A stretch of 51,612 nucleotides of DNA from Octopus bimaculoides. Its lineage: Eukaryota. Of this stretch, positions 26,935 through 40,175 are shown piece after piece. The notes under the pieces are model-generated. The model was not told where the DNA came from. It worked only from the letters and a program-made list of their open reading frames with translations, and did not search any database. The stretch's first letter is position 1, and each line of letters begins with the position of its first letter. The translations under genes and the position numbers were made by a program. The stretch spans positions 16,363,597 to 16,415,208 of the forward strand of contig NC_068998.1 in the NCBI RefSeq assembly GCF_001194135.2, in the 5' to 3' direction.

Positions 26935-29900
26935 CTCAAAGACACACACACTCAAAGACACACACACTCAAAGACACACACACTCAAAGACACANNNNNN
27001 NNNNNNNNNNNNNNNNNNNNNNNNNNNNNNNNNNNNNNNNNNNNNNNNNNNNNNNNNNNNNNNNNNNNNNNNNNNNNNNNNNNNNNNNNNNNNNNNNNNN
27101 NNNNNNNNNNNNNNNNNNNNNNNNNNNNNNNNNNNNNNNNNNNNNNNNNNNNNNNNNNNNNNNNNNNNNNNNNNNNNNNNNNNNNNNNNNNNNNNNNNNN
27201 NNNNNNNNNNNNNNNNNNNNNNNNNNNNNNNNNNNNNNNNNNNNNNNNNNNNNNNNNNNNNNNNNNNNNNNNNNNNNNNNNNNNNNNNNNNNNNNNNNNN
27301 NNNNNNNNNNNNNNNNNNNNNNNNNNNNNNNNNNNNNNNNNNNNNNNNNNNNNNNNNNNNNNNNNNNNNNNNNNNNNNNNNNNNNNNNNNNNNNNNNNNN
27401 NNNNNNNNNNNNNNNNNNNNNNNNNNNNNNNNNNNNNNNNNNNNNNNNNNNNNNNNNNNNNAAGACACACACACTCAAAGACACACACACTCAAAGACAC
27501 ACACACACAAAGACACACACACACAAAGACACACACACTCAAAGACACACACACTCAAAGACACACACACACAAAGACACACACACTCAGACACACACAC
27601 TCAAAGACACACACACTCAAAGACACACACACAATCAAACACACACACACACACACACACACATACATATACACGCACACATTTTTATAAATATCATCAT
27701 CATTGATCTCATCATTTAGCATCCATTTTCCATGCTGGCATAGACTGAATGGTTTTGACAGCTGCCCAGGCTCCATGTCTGTTTTGGCATGGTTTCTGTA
27801 GCTTGATGCCCTTCCTAACGTCCACCCCTTTACACAGTGTACTGGGTGCTTTTGTGTAACACCAGCAGGGATGCTTTTTACATGCCACCAGCACCCATGA
27901 GCCTGTAAAGATTGCTCAGCTGAAGAGAGATGCGGGGGGGGGGGATATGCTTGTGTGCAGGGACAACCATGATTTTACTTAGCATGTCATGTCTTAAGAT
28001 TTCAATGATGTTGTTGTCTATTTTTAGAATGACATTGTAGGGTAGGTATGAGAGTCTAGATCTGGCTAGTTTGAGCATAAAATAAATAGAATATTTGGGC
28101 TGAATTCAACAAATATAAACAAGTGTTAAAAAAAAAAACATGTCCACTTACAGCAACACTGTTGGCAACCATGGTTTGTTTCTTTTGTGATGCTCTCTGG
28201 ATGTCCATTTCTTGTTTCTCTTGTAACATCTTCTTCATCAATTCCTCTTCCTGTGTCAGATCCTGCAGTTTCTCCTCCTACATAAATATAATCACATGAC
28301 ACACACAAACAATACAGATGTAATAGGGATTCAGTTTCATTTCTGTTTGGTGCACAGGAATATAAATCAAACCATTAATCGTCATCGTCATCGTCATCAT
28401 AACTGTTGTTAATAGGATTATCATCATTATGGTATTGGTGGTGATGGTGATAACGAAATAGGGGTGTAGTGGTGATGGAGATGGGGGAGAAACAAGATAT
28501 AGTGGGAAGAAGGGGAGGAGGAAGGAGGAGAATGAGGGAGGAGGAAGTGAGAAGAAAAAGAAGAAAAAGAAGGAAAAGAAAAAGAAGGAAAAGAAAAAGA
28601 AGAAAAAGAAAAAGAAGAAAACGAAAAAGAAAAGGAAGAAAACGAAAAAGAAAATGAAAAAGAAGAAAATGGAAAAAAAAGAAAAAGAAGAAAACAGAAA
28701 AGAAAAGGAAGAAAACGAAAAAGAAAAAAAGGAAAAAGAAAAATAAGAAGAAAGAGAAAAAGAAAAAGAAGAAAAAGAAGAAACAGAAGAAGAAGAAAAA
28801 GAAGAAACAAGAAGAAGAAGAAGAAGACAACAGTGATGATAAAAAAGAAAACAATACCTGTCCCCCTCCTTCCTATTTCTAATTAGATGCTGTTATTGAC
28901 AAAAAGAAAGAAAAAAAAATGAATAAATAAATGAATAACTAATTTTTTGCTTACCTGATGTTTCTTTTTCTGCTTTCTCCTGTTACTCATTCGGACTCTC
29001 ACCTCCTCCTGCAAACAGTATAAATGGTCAGGTTGGTCAAACCAAGACATCACAAAATTTCAGAGTGTCCTTGTAAGGATCAGGACATCAAATTGACCAA
29101 ATATGTTACAAAAAATGTCAGAGAGTTACAAAATAATTTAAAGTACCAACAAATAGTTAGTGTCACAAAATGGTCAGCCCTTTTATTATTGTTTTTTTCT
29201 GTTGGGACACACTGCCTCTTTTTTTTCTCAATTAATTTTGAAAATAATAAAGAATTTACTTAATTAATTATGTCATTATTAAAATGACGTTCTGGCAGAA
29301 TCATTAGCATGCTAGGTAAAATTCTTGGTGGTACTTCATCTGTCTTTACATTCTGAGTTCAAATTCCACTGAGGTTGACATTGCCTCCCATTTTTTCAGG
29401 GTCAATAAAATAAGTACAAGTTGTGTACTGGGGGGTCGATGTAAATGATTTGCCCACTCCCCCAAAACTTGCTAACCTTGTGTCAAAAGTTGAAACCATT
29501 ATCAAAATGGTGTTTGAAACAAATTAACATGAATTTTGATGGAAGGATTTAATTTAACTCTCTTTGAAACAAGAAGCTGTATCATAAAACCAGGAGCAGT
29601 CTATAGGTGATTGATATCAAAAGAATTAATGAAATGCATCAGAGAGCTAAAGTAGACATAGGAGTGGCTGTGTGGTAAGTAGCTTGCTTACGAACCACAT
29701 GGTTCCGGGTTCAGTCCCACTGCATGGCACCTTGGGCAAGTGTCTTCCACTATAGCCTCGGGCCAACCAAAGCCTTGTGAGTGGATTTGGTAGACGGAAA
29801 CTGAAAGAAGCCCGTCATATATATGTATATATATNNNNNNNNNNNNNNNNNNNNNNNNNNNNNNNNNNNNNNNNNNNNNNNNNNNNNNNNNNNNNNNNNN

Positions 29901-30263
29901 NNNNNNNNNNNNNNNNNNNNNNNNNNNNNNNNNNNNNNNNNNNNNNNNNNNNNNNNNNNNNNNNNNNNNNNNNNNNNNNNNNNNNNNNNNNNNNNNNNNN
30001 NNNNNNNNNNNNNNNNNNNNNNNNNNNNNNNNNNNNNNNNNNNNNNNNNNNNNNNNNNNNNNNNNNNNNNNNNNNNNNNNNNNNNNNNNNNNNNNNAGAG
30101 TAAAGAGTAATGGTCAAGGAGTTACAAAGATGTCAAGGTGTTACAAAATGATATAGTAGCGTCAGCAGTTCAACCAACAGTCTCTCTATGTACCTGCAAC
30201 GGCATGTGTAAACACTCTCTTGCCACCACGAACTTTGAACCAGTAGAACATCCAGGATATGAT

Positions 30264-30314
<51 letters not shown>

Positions 30315-32904
30315 GCACCATAACTAATACTTCCCATTACAACTGCATAAATTGCTTGCTGCTGCTTCATGCTCTTGATAGATGGGGCTGGGGTCATCTT
30401 AGGTTAGTGGTCCCAGAGATGTCATCATGCGTAGAGCTGACCAGGTCCATTAGTGCTCTCCATCGCAGGCAGTCCATACCAGCCCCTCTGCATCCTCTAA
30501 AGTGGCGTTGAGCCTCTGGAGATCTTCCTCAATCACGTCCAGCCATCTGGTGCAGAGCCTGCGACAAGGCCTCTTCCAGCCCACAGCTGTTGTGTCGAAT
30601 GAGAGTAAAGCCCTTGTAGGATGATCTAGTGGGAGACAGAGCACATGTCCATACCAGTGCATGTGATGGATAGCTATGAGCTGGGAGGCTGTGGGCTGAT
30701 GCATGCATGCACACAGCTCTTTGTAGGAAACGTGATGGTTGCATCTAATTTTCTTGATGGTCCTCAGGGCTCTGCAATCAAAGCAATATAAAATGAAGTG
30801 CTTTGTTCTTGGTGACAATGTACCTCCTGGTCCAGGAATTAAACTAAGAACCCTATTTTGATAAACCAAAGAATATAACCACTAGGCCACACCACATGCC
30901 CTCACACCAAATGAAATAAGGTGTCTCAAAATGTTTTAAGGTGTCTCAAAATTTTTTAAGGTGTCACAAAATGAGCCAGGGTACCACAAATGGTTAGAGT
31001 GTCACGAAATGATTACAGCAGCAGTTCTTAACCTTCTTGATACCAACCTGTCTGAGAACACTCCTGGTTCTATGATACAAACTTTTCATTTAAATGTTAT
31101 CAAAGTTAAAACATTCCATCAGCATTTCTTGTTAATTCATATTCTAAACATCAGCTTAACCTTTTAGCATTTAGAATATTCTGCCAAATGCAACACTTAT
31201 GTATTCACATTGTTTTGAATTAATCATGCATTATTTCATGCCTTTGGGATTTCTATGGTGTGATTATTTATTTTTAGAATTACATTGTAGGATAGATGTG
31301 ATAGGCCAAATCTGACCAGTTTGAAGATAAGACAGGTAGAATATTTGAGCCAGATGTGGCCAGTTGAAATGCTAGAGGTTTAATAAAGACAAAGTTATTT
31401 TACCAAATTCTTCGTTATTTTCAAAATTAACAGGAACAAAGGCAGTGCATTGCCATAGAAATATGGTAGCAAAAGGGTTAAGCAGTGCACTACTGTAATA
31501 TGACATTCTATCATCAATTTTCAACAGGTTAAAAGCTGAACACAACAGCAACAACAACAACCCCAATAACAACTACTGACCTTCTTTATCAATTCCTCCA
31601 GCAACTGGTCGCTTCTGTGTGTCATAGTACCATCATCAGCCGGTGTTGTGGCATCTATATCTTCAAGTTTCTTGCTTTCTTCTTCCCATATCTCCTTCAA
31701 AACAGATTGGCAGTGGGTAATTAGTTAAAAATTACAAACAGAGAGCTTGAATGTATTGTGATGTTAATGTTTTCCTTTTTAGTTTGTTGCAATAGGTGCA
31801 CTGCATCGTTTCATATTATAAGACGCAACTAAAAGGGTTGACAACATGAAAAGCATTTGGGCATACATCACTTCCTCAAAAAATCCCCCCGCTCGTCTCA
31901 AGTAAGCCTGTCATTGCCACCACCATTTCTGGTGTCAAAAGAGCTATACAATTAGTTCAGCAGGACTGTGTTATTCTTATGAGAGACTTTACACATATGG
32001 CATTTCATAAGAATAAACAAGTGTGGTTTATTTAATCTTTTATACATTCCAGCCAGTTGACTGTGATAATTTTAATTTGTTGTATGCAAAAACACAATAA
32101 TATGTAGCAGGCAAATTATGGTGTAGGGTGAGAGAGGGCTTATGTACCTGACAAATCTAAAATAGTAAGCTATATATATATATATATATGTTATATTGGT
32201 ATGTTACAGACTTTTTTTCAATCCGCTTGCTCATATACTGTTGAATCTGTTATTTTCAGTGTAAATTTTTGGGTGGTCCAAATGAGGGTTTTAACTCTCG
32301 TTTTTAGCGGGTAGACACTTTTAATGTGTCTTTATGATTAATATATANNNNNNNNNNNNNNNNNNNNNNNNNNNNNNNNNNNNNNNNNNNNNNNNNNNNN
32401 NNNNNNNNNNNNNNNNNNNNNNNNNNNNNNNNNNNNNNNNNNNNNNNNNNNNNNNNNNNNNNNNNNNNNNNNNNNNNNNNNNNNNNNNNNNNNNNNNNNN
32501 NNNNNNNNNNNNNNNNNNNNNNNNNNNNNNNNNNNNNNNNNNNNNNNNNNNNNNNNNNNNNNNNNNNNNNNNTTGTGGTTTATTCAAATTATTTCCGCCT
32601 CTCGAGGAAGTATCATAATTACCAAATGGCAACTGAGACCAGTTCCCCTTGGGAAGGGGGAAATAATCACAAGAATTCTCCAAAGCTGACAAGCCAAGGT
32701 TTATTGTCCAGAGGTATAAGAGGATAGTCAAAAGCACATGCTTCTGGCTCAGTAGCCATCATCAGAGCAACAATTGTTTGACCTTATCTCCAGTAGCCAA
32801 GGGACTTAGACTAATACAAAAAAAATATAGGATTCATTTATGGCCTGGGTAATTTGCATAATTTAAACAAAGATGAGCTAAGTAGAGAGAGAGTGGGGAA
32901 GAAC

Positions 32905-32943
<39 letters not shown>

Positions 32944-35900
32944 GACGGTTTATGTTGCTCACTTGTCTAAAATAACAATCCATACTGTAGCTTATATGCC
33001 AAAGGGGGCAGTAGGGGCAAGGGGGTGAAGGAGGCAAGGGCAACACTTTTGAGCTGCATGTATTTTTTGTGAGTGCTCAGGGGGTGAGATGGGGTGGGTG
33101 GCAAACTCAAGGGCAGCTCCAGCTGGCACACGCTCTAGCTACACCTGTGCAACAACATATTCCATCTCATGCTCTAACAATTCTTCCAATTTATTGCTGT
33201 ATGCAGCCATTATTTAGGAAAGGTTAATTAAACAGACTTACATTCAGGTTTCTCTCAGATTTTAAATTAGTAACTCTTATCATCTTTCTTCTGATATTCT
33301 CCAAAGTGCTTTTCACCATTTCTTCTTGTCTTTTTTCTCTCTCCCACTGATGATGCAGCATCTGTCGTCTCTGGCAGCAAGCTCTTTCATTTTCTCTTCT
33401 GCTCTTCATCACATCCAGAATTTTCTGGTCCTGTACAGAAATGCAGACACACATAGAGGAGCAGTAGTGACAAGATATTTATTTTTGGTTATTTCGCTGT
33501 GTATAGTAGTTATATAAATTTGGTTATATAGTGTGTGCATATGTGTGTGTGTGTGGATGTGTGGGAAGAAGTTTGCTTCCCAGCTACATGTTTCTGAGTT
33601 CAGTCCCATGTTGTAGCACCTTGGGTAAGTGTCTTCTACTATATCCTCAGAGCAACCAAAGCTTTTTGAGCGAATTTGGCAGATGGAAACTGAAAGAAGC
33701 TTGTCGTATGTGTATGTGTGTTTGTGTCCCCTCCCCGTAACTTAGTTCAGGAAAAGAGACCGATAGAATAAGTACCAGGCATTAAAAAAAAATAAGTACT
33801 GGGGTCAACTCGCTTGACTAAAAATTCAAGGCAGTGCCCCAGCATGGCCCCAGCATGGCCCCAGCATGGCCCCAGCATGGCCCCAGCATGGCCCCAGTTT
33901 AATGACTGAAACAAGAAAAAGATGAAATATATATATATGTATATTGAGTAGGCCGAATAAGTCCATTCAGTTTTTGAAGTGGAAATAAGTTTTAAGCACA
34001 AAACAATTCATTCAATCAATGATATTATTCTGTTTTGTTCCACTACCTGGAGGTTGGTAATCAATATATTATTTAACTACATCTGGATGCATGTAGGTTC
34101 ATTTTTGATATGCTCATCTATTGTGTATGAAAAAAAAAGAGAAGAGGAAAAAAAAGGGGGGGGAAAAGTGCTGACAGTAGATGAAGATGATGGTGATGAT
34201 GACAATGATACTGGTGGTGGTGGTGGTGGCGGCGGCGGCGGCGGCAGTGGTGATGACAACAATTATTATACAGTTATTAAATAGTCCCTTACTCCCTTCT
34301 GTAGGAAAAGTAAACAGAAAGTTTCATATTTGCAGCAAAGAATTAATTTGCAAATACCTGACTTCACAGATTCATCCTACATACAACAACATCTTACAAC
34401 CCTCCCACAAAAGAAAAAAAAGAAGAAAAACACTCAATGAAACTATGAAATATAATTCCATTTCCTTGAATTATTATCTCACCTTGGGAGTCAATTTCAG
34501 ATGACCTTTTGACTTTGATGCTAATTTCTCTTTCCTACTGTTGTAACTGTCCAATGATGCACTTTTCTTCTCAAGACTGCTCAGTAATGGTTCCCTTTTA
34601 GGAGATGACCGTGCACTGGATGGCAGTGAAGACCCAGCAGCACTTTTCCTACATTAAAAAAAAAGGGGGAAGTAAAACATAAGATCAATTTGGTGTCTTT
34701 TTATATTTCTTAGACTGACCAGGGAGGGACAGAACTTGCAAATTTTACAGAATAACTTACCACCATCTTCTCACCTGAAGGTCCAGTCTTTTTTGTAGTG
34801 TGATGGTTTGTGTGCCTCAATGAACCCTGAGAGTTACGCCAGCGGGGCATAAGCTCCTAGTCGGGCCTCACATGCTGGACATGTTAAAAGACAGAGGCCA
34901 GAGTAATAATCTTTCTACTATAGACACAAGGCCTGAAAATTTAGGGGAGAGGGATAGTTGATTACATTGACCCCCAAAAGCTCAACTAGTACTTATTTCA
35001 TCGACCCTGAAAGGATGAAAGGCAAAGTAGACCTTGGCAGAATTTGGACTCAGAACATAATGACGGACAAAATGCTAAGCATTTTGCCTGGCATGCTAAC
35101 AATTCTAACAGCTTGCCACCTTAGAGGCCAGAGTAATACGGACCATCACAAACACACATATATCATCGTTATCATTATCATCATCATCATTTAACATCCA
35201 TTTTTCCACATCTGCATGAGTCAGACAATTTTTATTGAGGCTGATTTCTATGGTTGGATACCCTTTCTGCTTTTGAGCAAGGTAATATTTCCACACAGCC
35301 AGAGATGTTTTCCAAAGAGGACAGGAAACAAATAACAGTGCTTTTATGGCAATGATGCACGTTTACAACCATCACACAATGTCAAGACATACACACATAC
35401 ATACATGCAGGGGTTGGACAAGATAATGGAAACACCTTAAAATTTCAAACAAATTTATTTTAATATGGAGTAGGACCGCCTTTGGCAGTAATTACAGCTT
35501 CAATTCTACGAGGCATGGACTTATACAAAGTTTGAATTGTTTCCAAAGGAATTTTTGTCTATTCTTCAGCTAAAATAGTCTCCAGTTCTTGTAGTGATGA
35601 TGGTGGAGGATATTGACTCCTTACTTGTTTTTCTAAAATGCTCCATAAATGTTCAATAATATTGAGATCTGTGGACTGTGATGACCAGATAAGATTTTGA
35701 ATCCCTGAACAACTATACGTTGAAGGTGACATGCTCATTGTGACTCCAGGCAACAAGGTTATCATGACTCCAGGTGACAAGGTCATCTTGACTCTCATGA
35801 ACATCTACATGTTCGTACTGAAGATGACAAGATCATCTTGACTCCCATGAAAATCTACATGTTCATATCAAAGGTAACAAGGTCATTTTGAATCCCTGAA

Positions 35901-36768
35901 CATTTGCATGTTGATGTTGAAGGTGACAAGGTCATTGTGACTCCAGGTAACAAGATTGATTCCCATGATGCTGAAGATGACAAGGTCATCGTGACTCCAA
36001 GGGACAAGGTCACCATGACTTCAGGTGACACAGTTATCATGACTCCTATAAACATCTACTGAACATTTATATGTTGGGATTGAAGCTAACAAGTTTATCA
36101 GGATTCCAGATGACAACATCATCTTGATTCCATGAACATCTATATGTTGATATCGAAGGTGACAAGGTCATTGTGACTCCAGATGACAAGGTTACCATGA
36201 CTCTAGGTGACACAGTCATTATGACTCCTATAAATGTTTACATGTTCATTCAGAAGGTGACAAGGTCATCTTGGCTTCCTGAACATTTACATGCTGATGT
36301 TGAAGGTGACATGGTCATTGTGACTCCAGGTGACAAGGTCACCATGACTCCAGATGACACAGTCATCATGACTCCTATAAACATCTACATGTTCATACAG
36401 AAGGCAACAAGGTTATGTTGACCTCTCCTGAACATCTACATGTTCATACTGAAGGTGACAAGACAAGGTCATTAAAATTCCACTGAGCATTTGTATGGTG
36501 GCAAGGTTATCATGACTCCAGGTAACAAAGTCATCTTGACTCCCCTGAACAACTACATACTCTTTTACTTTTTTACTTGTTTCAGTCATTTGACTGTAGC
36601 CATGCTGGAGCACCGCCTTTAGTCGAGCAAATCAACCCCAGGACTTATTCTTTGGAAGCCTAGTACTTATTCTATCGGTCTCTTTTGCCGAACCGCTAAG
36701 TTACGGGGACGTAAACACACCAGCATCGGTTGTCAAGCGATGTTGGGGGCACAAACACAGACACACAA

Positions 36769-36809
<41 letters not shown>

Positions 36810-39800
36810 CATATATACGACGGGCTTCTTTCAGTTTCCGTCTACCAAATCCACTCACAAGGCTTTGGTCAGCCCGAGGCTATAGTAGAAGACACTTGCC
36901 CAAGGTGCCACGCAGTGGGACTGAACATGTTCATATTGAAGGTGAAAAAGCTCATAATGACACCATAGTACAGACACTGATATTGAAGATGAGGAGATCA
37001 CCACAAGTCTTCCAAGTATCCATGTTACACATTGAAGGTGAAGATGATGAGGTCACTATAACCTTCAGTGAATATCTTCGTGTACCATACTCTCACTAAT
37101 GGTTTTAGATGCTTGCTTAGTTGTGAGCAGATACAAACACCTTGATCTTACTGGCCAAATCCCAACAGAGCATCCCTGATCATAACCATTACATGAAGTT
37201 AAGGCTACAATCAGCAATGGGTTGTTACTTTATTTATTGATGCCACTCCCATCCCAGAAGGACAAAAGGCAAAGTTGACTTTAGTAAGATTTGAACTCAA
37301 AGTACTCAGTGTGGGAAGAAATACAGCAATGATCCTGCATGGCCACAGCCTTAGGGCTGAAACGTATAAAAGAATAGAAGAAAAATGATTCTACCAATTG
37401 ACAACCTTACAAACACACACACACACACACACACACACATTCACTCACAGATCTTTGAGTACTTTAGTTTAAGTGACGGGAAATAGCTTCTTTTTGAACT
37501 GTCACCAAGTGGAATATGCGTGTGTGTGTGTGTGTGTGTAAAGGTGCATGGCCTAGTGGTCAGGGTGTTGCACTCACGATCATAAGATCATGGTTTCAAT
37601 TCCTAGACCCAGTTGTGTGTTGTGTTCTTGAGCAAAACACTTCATCCCACGTTGCTCTGCAAACATTTCAACATCCAACGTGTGGCACACCTGTGCACCT
37701 GTTCAGACAATGTCGATTTGATGAAGGAGGTGAGCTTAATTTGCAACATGAGCATTTGATCATTATAAACAAATCAATTGTGCAGGTCGTTCAGCAGAAA
37801 GCTGAACACTCATATGTTGACTTTTTTGGAAATGTCCATCCTATACATATGTATGTGTGTATGTATGTATGTATGTATATATATATATCAGGTTTGTTGC
37901 TAGAATAGATAGACTAATTAGTTCATAGACATGCAGATAAACACACACTCTCTCTCTCTCTCCCTCTCTCTTATAGACAAACATACAGAAACACAAGCAC
38001 TTGCACATACAAACAGACACACACATAGAAAAATACTCACAGACATATAAAAGCATACTAGACAGCGCTGTTAACGAAGAAATAGAGAAGATAATATAAA
38101 AATAACACATTCGTAAAATCCATTGTAAAAAAGAATAAAAGTATCCAGTGGAGGGAGATTATAACAATTGGTGGATTATAAGCCACGTGAGGAGATTGAA
38201 ACCAATGGGGAGAGATTACATGTTGTGTAGGAAGAATTATATTAAGTGGGGGGATTATATCCAACGGAGAGATTATCATAAAGTGTAGATAAACAAATTT
38301 AAAACATTCTCATTAAATCTACTCTTATTTAATTATCAACTTGATTCTTTCCTAGTTCAAGGTTAAGATTAAGTTAAGTTGTTTAGGCCCAGATCAAATC
38401 TGATCATGCAGACCTTGCAATCAAAGGTATACCAGCTGTGTTCATTCCATCATTTGTTTGTTTTTAGTTTTTTTCTTTGTCATTTTAAATCTTTTTTTTT
38501 TTTTACATTTCTTATTTTTTCAGACATGGAATTCTCTCTCTCTCTCTCTCTGGCCAGGTATCCATGTACCTCCTGTACAGCAAGACTCCTGTTTCTGTCT
38601 CTGTCTTTCTGTCACACTCTAAACTTCCTTCATCCAACACAAGATCCCCTCCTCCTATGCTCCCTCCCCTCTCAAAGGATCTTTGTCTTGCAAGTTACTT
38701 GGTGACCCTACCAGTGCTGGTGCCACATAAAAAGCATCCAGTCCACACTGTAAAGTGGTTGGTATTTGGAAGGGCGTCCAGCTGTAAAAACCATGCCAAA
38801 ACTAGCCTCGCTTGTGCTGGTGCCTCATAAAAACCATTCAGTTCACTCTTGACTGAGTGGACTTATACAAATACAATCAAACATTCTAACCATGACCATT
38901 TGAAATTTTTCGGGCATTGTGTACCTTAGACTACATTTTCAAATGTACCAGGGTTTTGGATGGTTATTTTCTTAAGATAATAGGTTGTGATATGAAGGAA
39001 ATATGGTGGCTATTTCTAGCAGGTCAAAGGACCATATGATTTAGGGTAGATTTAGTTGCTATTTCTAATAGGCAAAGTGACTCATACAGAGATCTCATTG
39101 TTGACTGGGATAATATGATGTTCTTACTGTTGTTGTTATTGTTGTTGTTGTTTTTAGCCCCAGGTCAACCCCCATAGAACACAGACCTATGTTCAAATGT
39201 CAGCCATGACTACCACACTGTTTTTGTAGTATTCTATCTGGGATGACATTATTTAACCCTTCCGTTACCAACCCACCTGAAACCAGCTCTGGCTCTGTAG
39301 TACAAACGTCTTGTTTTCATAAGTTTTGAATTAAAAATCTTCCACCAAATCTTCATCACAATTTATGTTCCTAACACTAGCTGAATGATAACCAAGTTAT
39401 TTTACTAAATTCTTTGTTATATTTAAATAATTGAAAGAAACACAGAGCAACTCAAAATAAATACGGTAACAAAAGGGTTAATGTGTCCTTTATTTAAGAT
39501 GATAGAGTGTGAGTTTACTGTTATTTCTAGAAGGTAAAGCAACCATACAGAGGTCTCTTTGCTGAGAGTGGTGGTGGTGGTGGCATGATGGGGGTGGGTT
39601 GGAGGTTGGAGTTGGGGCTGTGGTAATGTTGGAAGTAGTGAAAACAGTAACACTGAAGAGACAGTCAGTTGTAGAATTAAAGGTTTTCCTAGCATCTCAG
39701 TATACATAATATTGACGAATAACTATTTCGGTAGAGTCTCAAGGTTAAACAAATGTAAGTGTATGTGTGTGTGTGTGTCTGAAGAATGTCTGTGTGTGTA

Positions 39801-40087
39801 CGTATATATATTGGTCTCAAATTTTAGCACAAGGGACTAAGTCAATTACATCAACTCCAGTACTCAATTGGTACTTTGGTACTTATTTTATCAACCCTGA
39901 AAGGATGAAAGACAAATTTGACCCCAGCGACATTTAAACTCAGATCATAAAGTTGGAAGAAATGGCATTAAGCACTATTTCCAATGCAGTAACGATTCTA
40001 TCAACTTGCCACCCTGTGTAAATATATTATATACTGTATGTATATGAACGTAAACATCTGTACGTATGTATAAATATATATATATAT

Positions 40088-40175
<88 letters not shown>

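Noticed and set aside
28375-28854. Phe/Ser-rich and Lys/Arg-rich ORFs
   Set aside because: Translations of a polypurine microsatellite inside an intron.
34759-34800. Donor-like gtg|gtaagt just upstream of exon 2
   Set aside because: Overlaps an RTE 5' fragment; no convincing acceptor or sensible peptide.
35715-36555. CRISPR-like or coding repeat array
   Set aside because: Eukaryotic context, no unique spacers, and frames broken by stops and shifts; it is a minisatellite.
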